Shown here: in pieces, positions 36,334-43,306 of the stretch
How positions within the stretch are numbered: the first letter of the stretch is position 1
Layout: each line of letters starts with the position of its first letter
Source of the DNA: a virus
Lineage: Duplodnaviria > Caudoviricetes
IMG/VR virus record: IMGVR_UViG_3300043296_000111
Span: 1 to 55,078 of that record
Length of the DNA: 55,078 nt
Reading direction: 5' to 3' (one strand)
The notes under the pieces: generated by a model
Told to the model about the DNA's origin: nothing
What the model saw: only the letters and a program-made list of their open reading frames with translations
Database searches by the model: none
Position numbers and translations under genes: made by a program

Positions 36334-36386
36334 GGGAGGCGGCCACATCCAAAGCGATGGCCTCCGGGTTCGAGTCCCGGCCTCTC
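36334..36386 (+). ncRNA. tRNA-like element 5 (D-armless cloverleaf)
   Basis: gggagg-c-ggcca(12-nt loop)tggcc-t-ccggg-TTCGAGT-cccgg-cctctc. Confidence 0.7.
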
Positions 36387-36402
36387 TATCGGGAGCAGAA
36401 CG

Positions 36403-36639
36403 ATGAAGTGGATCACGCTGAACGAGGCCGCTGAGTGTACCGGCTTCACGCGCCAGTGGGTCCAGAAGAGGATCGCGGACGGCACCTTCAAGGCCGAGAG
36501 GAAGGGCACCCGAGTCCACATCGACGGCAACTCCGTGCAGGACTGGATGGTGGCCGAGATGGACCTGATCCAGGAGCGATGGAAGTTCTACTATCACCAC
36601 CTTCCCAACGGATACCATGGCAAACCGAAGACCGATTAA
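36403..36639 (+). CDS. Excisionase-like HTH protein (78 aa)
   Basis: WITLNEAAECTGFTRQWVQKRIADGTFKAERKG. Confidence 0.75.
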   Translation: MKWITLNEAAECTGFTRQWVQKRIADGTFKAERKGTRVHIDGNSVQDWMVAEMDLIQERWKFYYHHLPNGYHGKPKTD

Positions 36640-37696
36640 GAAGTCCCCGGAGCAGATCCGGGAAGAGTTCCTGGCCCGACGTCGCACCGGCATCGGGGGC
36701 TCCGACGTGGGGGCCATCATGGGCGTCAGCCAGTACGCGGACGGCCTGGACGTCTACCTCGACAAGGTCGATCCCCCACCCGACTTCGATAACCCTGCGA
36801 TGGAGCGCGGCCGTTACCTGGAGCCCGTCGTCTCGAAGATGTACGAGGTGACGTCGGGCCGCCGCCTGACGCACGGCAAGTTCCGGCGCGACCAGAAGAA
36901 CAAGTTCCTGATCGGCAGCCCGGATCGGATCATCAAGCCGACCGGCCGGAAGCCCTACGCGGCCGACGTCAGCAGCCCCGGAGTCCTGGAGATCAAGACG
37001 GCCAACCGCTACGTCCTGAAGCAGATGAAGGAGGGGGGTCTGCCGAAGAGCTACATCCTCCAGCTCCAGCATTACATGGGCCTGAGTGGCACCACCTGGG
37101 GGGCCTTCGCGGTCCTCTGCGCTGACCCCTGGGAGTTCCTCACCTTCACCGTCGAGTTCGATCAGGAGCTGTACGACAGGGTGCGCGAGGTGCTCCAGCG
37201 ATTCTGGGTGGACCACGTCCAGGCCAAGGTGCCACCGATCCCGAAGCCCATCGACTACGGGGACACCGACGAGGTCAAGGCCGACACGGCCGTCACCATC
37301 TTCGACCCCGGCAGCACCGGCCTGGTGCAGTGGGAGAAGAGCGTCGATCTCTTCCGCGAGGCCAACGCGATGCTGAAGCTGGGAGCCGAGGCGAAGGAGT
37401 TCGCGAGGGCCCAGATGATCGAACAGATGACGATGGGCAAGGGGATCTACGAGGGAGGTGGGGCGAGGGTCCACTACCTCCAGAGCAAGGGGCGCAGGTC
37501 GTTCCAGCAGCGCGAGCTGCGAGCGATGCAGCCGCTGGATCCCATCAAGATGGGGTCGCTGCTCACCGAGGCAGGCCTCGACCTCGACACCATAGAGACC
37601 CTCTTCGAGAACGCGACACTCAACCTGGACGACTTCGTGAAGGTCGGGAAGCCGTTCGACACCGTGAGAATGTACGACAGCAAGGAGCTGATCTGA
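36617..37696 (+). CDS. YqaJ-like viral exonuclease (359 aa)
   Basis: RRTGIGGSD, GRYLEP, SPDR, LEIKT, QLQHYM. Confidence 0.92.
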   Translation: MANRRPIKKSPEQIREEFLARRRTGIGGSDVGAIMGVSQYADGLDVYLDKVDPPPDFDNPAMERGRYLEPVVSKMYEVTSGRRLTHGKFRRDQKNKFLIGSPDRIIKPTGRKPYAADVSSPGVLEIKTANRYVLKQMKEGGLPKSYILQLQHYMGLSGTTWGAFAVLCADPWEFLTFTVEFDQELYDRVREVLQRFWVDHVQAKVPPIPKPIDYGDTDEVKADTAVTIFDPGSTGLVQWEKSVDLFREANAMLKLGAEAKEFARAQMIEQMTMGKGIYEGGGARVHYLQSKGRRSFQQRELRAMQPLDPIKMGSLLTEAGLDLDTIETLFENATLNLDDFVKVGKPFDTVRMYDSKELI

Positions 37697-38520
37697 TGGC
37701 TGCAAAGAAAGAGACCAAGAGCCTGGTCCAGGTGATCGACACCCAGGCCCACAAGATCCGAGAGATCCTGCCCGAGGGACAGAACAGCGAGAAGGACGCG
37801 GCCCGAGTGATCCGGCTGGCCCGGCTCGCCATCGTCCGCAACCCGAAGCTCATGGACTGCACCCCGATCAGCGTGGTCGAGTCGATCATGGTGGCCAGCC
37901 AGCTAGGCCTGGAGATCAACAGCCCCATCGGTGGCGCACATCTCGTCCCTTTCGGGAAGAAGTGCCAGATGATCCCCGACTACCGGGGCCTGATCCGGCT
38001 GGCGCTGAAGAACGGGGACTGCGGAAAGCTCGTGGCTCGCGAGGTCTACGAGGGCGATATGTTCCACGTCATCCAGGGGACCACCGAGATGATCGAACAC
38101 GTCCCGCTCCTGGGTGACGAGCCCCGAGGTGACGACAACATCAGCGGCTTCTACGCCGTGGCCACCCTGGCCAACGGGCTGACCGTCCACGAGTACGCTC
38201 CCCGAGGAGACGTGGACAAGATCCGGGCCCGCTCGAAGGCGGGCAGCTCCGGCCCCTGGAAGACGGACTACGCAGCCATGGGCAAGAAGACCATGATCAA
38301 AAGGGTCCTGAAGTGGCTGGACCTCTCCCCTGACCTCGCCATGGCCATTGAGTACGACAACCGGGGGGAGACAGGCTACTCGACCTCCACGAGCGACAGG
38401 GACACCGAGGAGACCGTCGAGGAGGACATGAAGGAGCAGGCCCAGCAGGCCCAGAAGGAGCTGTCGGAGAACCTGGACGAGGCCCGTCGTAAGGAGCTGA
38501 TCGGAGAGCCCCATGATTGA
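37696..38520 (+). CDS. recT: RecT-family single-strand annealing protein (274 aa)
   Basis: CTPISV...QLGL, LVPF, YRGLIRLA, VYEGD, PWKTDYAAMGKKT. Confidence 0.92.
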   Translation: MAAKKETKSLVQVIDTQAHKIREILPEGQNSEKDAARVIRLARLAIVRNPKLMDCTPISVVESIMVASQLGLEINSPIGGAHLVPFGKKCQMIPDYRGLIRLALKNGDCGKLVAREVYEGDMFHVIQGTTEMIEHVPLLGDEPRGDDNISGFYAVATLANGLTVHEYAPRGDVDKIRARSKAGSSGPWKTDYAAMGKKTMIKRVLKWLDLSPDLAMAIEYDNRGETGYSTSTSDRDTEETVEEDMKEQAQQAQKELSENLDEARRKELIGEPHD

Positions 38521-38635
38521 GACCATAGGCATGACCCTGGTCGGGCTGGCGGGGGTCGCGGTGATCGGGCTGCTGATGACCCTGGCCGGGGGGCTCCTCG
38601 GATACATCTGGTCCGTCCTGGTGGATAGACCATGA
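38513..38635 (+). CDS. 40-aa single-TM peptide (not in the ORF track)
   Basis: MIETIGMTLVGLAGVAVIGLLMTLAGGLLGYIWSVLVDRP; GGAGA SD. Confidence 0.6.
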   Translation: MIETIGMTLVGLAGVAVIGLLMTLAGGLLGYIWSVLVDRP

Positions 38636-38730
38636 AGCTCTGGCAGGTGCTGCTGCTGATCGCCATCGTCCTCCTGGCCGGGGCCTTTCTCGTGTCGCTG
38701 TTCTTCATCGCGACCGGGCCCCGGATGTGA
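38632..38730 (+). CDS. 32-aa single-TM peptide (not in the ORF track)
   Basis: MKLWQVLLLIAIVLLAGAFLVSLFFIATGPRM; ATGA and TGATG coupling on both sides. Confidence 0.6.
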   Translation: MKLWQVLLLIAIVLLAGAFLVSLFFIATGPRM

Positions 38731-39368
38731 TGGAGCCAGACGCGGCATGGATGGACCTCTCAACCCTGGCTGACCTGGGCGGGGTGCTGCCTATCATCTC
38801 CTACACGGAGCGGTGGGGCTGGCAGAACGCGGAGGTGGCCGACTTCTTCGCCGCCCTGGAGAGGCACGGCCACCTCCGGGCCTACGACAGGACGACCTGG
38901 TGCATCACCTACCTGATCCAGGATCCAGGGCTCACGGAGGACTTCGAGGTGGTCTGGAAGATCTACCCGAAGAGGGTGGCCAAGCAGAAGGGATACCACG
39001 CCTACTCAGCCACGAGGAAGGGGCGCAACGGGAAGCCTGGGGTCACGGCCCGGCTCCTCTTCGAGGCCACCGAACGGTACGCCTTCGCCCGCGCTGGCGA
39101 GGAGGGTGAGTTCACGCTGAACCCGGCCACGTTCTTCGGGCCCGACGAGCGGTGGAAGGAGAAGCACAAGCCGAAGACCAACAGCAAAACGAAGGGGACG
39201 CAGGGATGGAGCAGACCGACGAGCAGGGACCTGACGAAGGCCCCCCAGGCTGGCACGGCGAAGAGCCCTGGCCGGAAGAAGAAGACGCCAAGTCCGAAGC
39301 CGCCTCCCAGGCCGAGGAACCCCCGGAAGAAGAGCCCGCCGAAGGACGACCCACTGGGCGATCTGTAA
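38730..39368 (+). CDS. Replication initiator-like protein, conserved C-terminal-type domain (212 aa)
   Basis: FEVVWKIYPKRVAK and NPATFF...RW motifs; immediately before the helicase. Confidence 0.7.
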   Translation: MEPDAAWMDLSTLADLGGVLPIISYTERWGWQNAEVADFFAALERHGHLRAYDRTTWCITYLIQDPGLTEDFEVVWKIYPKRVAKQKGYHAYSATRKGRNGKPGVTARLLFEATERYAFARAGEEGEFTLNPATFFGPDERWKEKHKPKTNSKTKGTQGWSRPTSRDLTKAPQAGTAKSPGRKKKTPSPKPPPRPRNPRKKSPPKDDPLGDL

Positions 39369-40336
39369 GCGTCCAGCTCTCCGAGGAGCAGGAGCTGTCG
39401 CTCACCAAGTACCGGGAGGAGCGCCACCTCGCGGAGCAGGACACCCCGCCCTACGTCGATGCCCTCGGGTACGAGCTGGAGCTTCTCAACCGGGCGAAGC
39501 TGGAGTGGACGTCAGACATGGTGCTGACCACCCCCTACGAGGCGTGGAACCGGGTGTGCGGGGACGAGGGTGGGCTCACCGGGCTGGCTAGGGGCTGGCA
39601 CGTCATGGTGGCCGGGAACACCGGGATGGGGAAGAGCCTGGTGGCCATCAACCTCGCAGCTCACGCGGTGAAGAGCGGGGAGAAGGTGGGCATCATCAGC
39701 CTGGAGATGAGCAAGCCCCAGTTGATGACCCGCTACCTGGCCATCCACACCGGCAAGGAGATCAGGAAGCTGGAGTGGGGGCCACGGTACGACGAGGCCG
39801 TGGCCCTCGAAGCGAACGCGCTGGTCGAGGAGAACCACGAGGAGAAGGGTGGGATCCTGATCACGAACGACCGGCGCGTCTCCAACCTCGAAGACATCAT
39901 CGCGTCGATGCAGTACCTCCACGAGTACCGGGGCGTGACCGCCTTCGTGACGGACTACCTCCAGCTCGCCTGGACCGGCAACGCTGAGAAGATGAGCGAC
40001 CGGATCACCGAGGTCTCCCACGCCATCCAGGGCACGGCCGCCGACCTCTCCGTGGTGTCCATCGGGGTGAGCCAGTTCAACCGGCAGACGTCGGGTGCAG
40101 CGGAGAAGCCCAAGGTCCAGGGGATGATGGGCGGCAGCGCCCTGGAGAACGACAGCGACCAGGTGCTGCTGCTCGACCACACGACGTACAAGGAGACCGG
40201 CATGAGCCAGGCCATGATCAAGCTCCTGGTCGCGAAGAACCGACACGGGAGCTGCGGGGAGATCCCGCTGATGTGGGACTACACCACCCTCCAGGCCAGG
40301 CAGACCGACGCCCGCGAGTTCGAGCGTGATGACTGA
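39206..40336 (+). CDS. DnaB-like (SF4) replicative helicase (376 aa; start uncertain)
   Basis: AGNTGMGKS, SLEMS, DYLQL, SQFNR, LENDSD, KNRHG. Confidence 0.92.
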   Translation: MEQTDEQGPDEGPPGWHGEEPWPEEEDAKSEAASQAEEPPEEEPAEGRPTGRSVSVQLSEEQELSLTKYREERHLAEQDTPPYVDALGYELELLNRAKLEWTSDMVLTTPYEAWNRVCGDEGGLTGLARGWHVMVAGNTGMGKSLVAINLAAHAVKSGEKVGIISLEMSKPQLMTRYLAIHTGKEIRKLEWGPRYDEAVALEANALVEENHEEKGGILITNDRRVSNLEDIIASMQYLHEYRGVTAFVTDYLQLAWTGNAEKMSDRITEVSHAIQGTAADLSVVSIGVSQFNRQTSGAAEKPKVQGMMGGSALENDSDQVLLLDHTTYKETGMSQAMIKLLVAKNRHGSCGEIPLMWDYTTLQARQTDAREFERDD

Positions 40337-40566
40337 TGCACACTGACTGCGACTACCCGAATCTGTGGAGGGTGACCTACGACGGCGGGGCGACGTTCAT
40401 CCCGGTCTGTGAGGTCTGCCATCGGTTCGTGAAGCCCGACAAAAAAGTGTTCTGTGGCGATGGGGGACTGAGCCCTTTGCCCAACGCGACGTGCAAGAAG
40501 TGTGGTCGCACGAGGATGCACTTCGAGGGATTCATGCCGTCGATCCACAACCAGGCCGATGACTGA
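40336..40566 (+). CDS. Zn-ribbon protein (76 aa)
   Basis: CEVC...CKKC. Confidence 0.7.
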   Translation: MHTDCDYPNLWRVTYDGGATFIPVCEVCHRFVKPDKKVFCGDGGLSPLPNATCKKCGRTRMHFEGFMPSIHNQADD

Positions 40567-40936
40567 CCGACGCCTGGGGCACGGGGATCAGATCCCGCTG
40601 ATGAAGATCCCGCCGCCGCTGGAGAAGGCAGAGCAGCGCCTGATCATCGACCTATACGAACAGGTGGGGCTCGTCGTCATCCAGTTCAGCCAGCCCTTCA
40701 GGGCCACCCAGACCGAGGGCATCGCGGACACGCTCATACTTGACCCCAAGCGCCAGGCCTCGTGGTGGCACGAGGTAAAACGTCGCCAGGGCCCCGAGTA
40801 CAAGAAGGTGAAGAGCGTTCAGTCGCCGCATCAGAAGCAGTTTCAGGCGTGGGTCGAGTCGGTGGGGATGCGCTACATCATAGGGCCGCTCTCAACGGCC
40901 AGCGAGGAACTCTACGAAAGGGGAATCATCAGATGA
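40559..40936 (+). CDS. VRR-NUC-like nuclease (125 aa)
   Basis: GIADTL...HEVK...SPHQKQF. Confidence 0.75.
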   Translation: MTDRRLGHGDQIPLMKIPPPLEKAEQRLIIDLYEQVGLVVIQFSQPFRATQTEGIADTLILDPKRQASWWHEVKRRQGPEYKKVKSVQSPHQKQFQAWVESVGMRYIIGPLSTASEELYERGIIR

Positions 40937-41322
40937 TGCCGATTCAAGAGATGCGGCTGCCGCCGCAGGTTGCAGACACCCTGGCCCACGGGACCAAGGC
41001 CTACCGGATGGGGGAGTGCGGGATCTTCGTCTCCCAGGAGCCTCTGGACCTGGTCTTCCCGAGACGCTGGCACCTGTCGATCAGTTGCCAACGCCGCTAC
41101 CCGACGTGGGATGAGATCGGCAGGGCCCGAGACTCACTGCTGCCCGACGACGTCTTCATGTGTGTGCCCTTCCCGCCGCGAGCCCACTGGATGTCGATCC
41201 ACCCGAACTGCTTCCACCTCTGGCAGTTCCGGGACGACAACCTGGAGGCGCAGATGAAGCTCGAAGGGGAGCAGGCGGCCGAGGACGGGAAGAACCAGCC
41301 GGAGCCGGAGTTCCGAGGATGA
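40933..41322 (+). CDS. Conserved phage protein (129 aa)
   Basis: WHLSIS, RYPTWDE and HPNCFHLW motifs. Confidence 0.75.
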   Translation: MMPIQEMRLPPQVADTLAHGTKAYRMGECGIFVSQEPLDLVFPRRWHLSISCQRRYPTWDEIGRARDSLLPDDVFMCVPFPPRAHWMSIHPNCFHLWQFRDDNLEAQMKLEGEQAAEDGKNQPEPEFRG

Positions 41323-41852
41323 CCACCAACGGACAGGGGGACTTCTTCGATGGCCAGCCCCCCGAGGACGGGTTCACCTTCGAGCAGCTCCTGGCGCTGG
41401 AGCGAGTGCCGGTAGCGAAGTGCCCCTACTGCACCAGGACACTCAAGGTCTACAAGTGGAAGCTGGGATCCTTTGCCACCTTCCTGATCTGGCTCTACCG
41501 AGCCCGCACGAGCCCGGAGGAGTGGCTCCACATCAGGAACTGCCCGAAGGAGATGAGGATCGACGGTGTGGACGTGACGATCTGGAATGGTGGGGGCGAC
41601 TACGCCAAGCTGGAGTGGTGGGAGCTGATCGAAAACAGGCCCCTGGATCCTAAGTCCGAGCAATCATCCAGCGGTCAATGGCGGATCACACCGAAGGGAG
41701 TGCGGTACGTCCGCAACGAGCTTGCTGTCCCCAAGTACGCCTTCTACAGGCCACCGCTGGAAGTCCTCGGGTGGCACGAGGACGTGATTATGATGGCCGA
41801 GTCCATACCAGCCTACTTCAACTATCGGGCCCTGATGAGAGGAGAGTGGTGA
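41319..41852 (+). CDS. Hypothetical protein with CxxC and a probable winged helix (177 aa)
   Basis: CPYC; GQWRITPKG. Confidence 0.7.
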   Translation: MTTNGQGDFFDGQPPEDGFTFEQLLALERVPVAKCPYCTRTLKVYKWKLGSFATFLIWLYRARTSPEEWLHIRNCPKEMRIDGVDVTIWNGGGDYAKLEWWELIENRPLDPKSEQSSSGQWRITPKGVRYVRNELAVPKYAFYRPPLEVLGWHEDVIMMAESIPAYFNYRALMRGEW

Positions 41853-41854
41853 CC

Positions 41855-42178
41855 ATGTTTGAGAACCAGATCAGAATCCTGCACGAGCCGGAGCTGCGTC
41901 ACGTCCTGGCCCACCTGTCCCAGGCCATCGAAGCCGTGGCCATGGGGCAGCCGCTCCTGGCCCAGGCCGAACTCGCCAGCATTGAGGGCCTTGTGTTCTA
42001 CGAGGATGAGTCCCAGGCTGAAGCCATACTACTCGCACGTCAGGAGGGGCAAGATGGAGACCAGGGCCAAATGCACGAAACGGAAGGGACCGAAGCGGAG
42101 ACCACCCCGGAAGGGGAAGTAGGCGAAAAACGAGGCCCTCAGTTGCCGCCTGACGGGCCTGGGGGGTCACCCAGGTAG
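41855..42178 (+). CDS. Hypothetical protein (107 aa)
   Basis: GGAG SD; last gene of the plus arm. Confidence 0.6.
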   Translation: MFENQIRILHEPELRHVLAHLSQAIEAVAMGQPLLAQAELASIEGLVFYEDESQAEAILLARQEGQDGDQGQMHETEGTEAETTPEGEVGEKRGPQLPPDGPGGSPR

Positions 42179-42179
42179 T

Positions 42180-42635
42180 CTAGTGACCCCTCTTTTTGTG
42201 CTCGTGGGGCTCCACGTTCACATCCACATCCACGTCCCCATCGTTGTGGATGTCGGCCGGTCGATCCGCGATCCGCTTCACCTGCCAGGCCATGAACGCA
42301 GCGATGATGACGAGCGCACCCTGGCCGACTCGCACCAGGTTGGAGCCCCCGCAGGTGTTGCACTCCCGCTCCGCGATCTCCTGACGTAGGCCCACCAGGT
42401 TCGCGTTGAGGTTGGCGATCATCGCACTGTCGGACATCACCGTGATCTCGTTGGTGATCTCCAGCGGTGGGAGGTTGATCGTGTTCTCCACGACAGGTGG
42501 CACCTGAGGGATCACGATTGGATCCTGGCCAGCCAGTTGCCCGACCCAGAGGACTCCCGTGACAAGCAACAGGCTAAAGCTCCTGGCGCTCCGTAAAGTC
42601 TGTGGGCTATACCTCTGAATCGGGCGCATGATCAT
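42180..42635 (-). CDS. Membrane protein in the lysis cassette (151 aa)
   Basis: Signal-like N-terminus, second TM helix and CNTC; ATGA overlap. Confidence 0.6.
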   Translation of the reverse strand: MIMRPIQRYSPQTLRSARSFSLLLVTGVLWVGQLAGQDPIVIPQVPPVVENTINLPPLEITNEITVMSDSAMIANLNANLVGLRQEIAERECNTCGGSNLVRVGQGALVIIAAFMAWQVKRIADRPADIHNDGDVDVDVNVEPHEHKKRGH

Positions 42636-42796
42636 TCTCCGGTGTTGAGTGCGTCGAGGACCCAGGCGCTCGACTCTCGGACGAGCTGCCAGACCCGCTC
42701 GCCCACGTCGGGCAGGAAGACCAGCAAGGCGACGATCACCAGGAACATGATCAGCATCAGCTTCTGGGTGCCGCTGACGTTGTCGAAGAACTTCAT
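42632..42796 (-). CDS. Small holin-like membrane protein (54 aa; not in the ORF track)
   Basis: MKFFDNVSGTQKLMLIMFLVIVALLVFLP...; directly after the endolysin. Confidence 0.55.
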   Translation of the reverse strand: MKFFDNVSGTQKLMLIMFLVIVALLVFLPDVGERVWQLVRESSAWVLDALNTGE

Positions 42797-42799
42797 GGC

Positions 42800-43306
42800 T
42801 CACACCCTCACCTCGAAGTGCGGCAGATCGTGGAACGTCTGGTCCTCCAGCTTCCGGTCGCCGTCCCAGTCACCACCCCACCGGATGTCGATCTCCATCT
42901 CCTCGGCCGTCCCGAGGACGAAGCCGCCGAAGTAGTACCACCTCGCCACCTCCCTGACGTAGCCCTCGACCAGGGCCATGACCTCGGCCTCCTGCTCGCC
43001 TGTGAGCTGCCCGGCCACGCTCTCTATACGGGAGAGCAGCTTCTGGGCCTGGGGCCAGGAGAGGGGATCTGGTGCAGCGTCAACGGCTTCCGCGAGGTCA
43101 CGTACACCCTCCCCCGTGATGTGCTTCGAGTTCATCGTCTTGCTGACGCCCTTGGCGACGTTCTTCTCCTGCTGCTCGACGGTGCGCTCGGCCTCCAGGA
43201 TGGTGTTGGGGAAGTTCTCGCCCACCCTCTTCATCAGGCGCTGCAGCTCGTCGTGCGCCGTGGCCAGGCGGGCCAGGCTCGTGGCCCCGTAGTTGTTGCC
43301 AGCCAT
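42800..43306 (-). CDS. Endolysin, peptidase M15 family (168 aa)
   Basis: RTVEQQ, SKH...AVD, WGGDW, DLPHFE. Confidence 0.88.
   Translation of the reverse strand: MAGNNYGATSLARLATAHDELQRLMKRVGENFPNTILEAERTVEQQEKNVAKGVSKTMNSKHITGEGVRDLAEAVDAAPDPLSWPQAQKLLSRIESVAGQLTGEQEAEVMALVEGYVREVARWYYFGGFVLGTAEEMEIDIRWGGDWDGDRKLEDQTFHDLPHFEVRV

Noticed and set aside
26522-36386. Calling the T-loop elements bona fide tRNA genes or attP remnants
   Set aside because: They lack D arms and proper anticodon arms; five diverged copies at gene junctions with no integrase do not fit a single attP.
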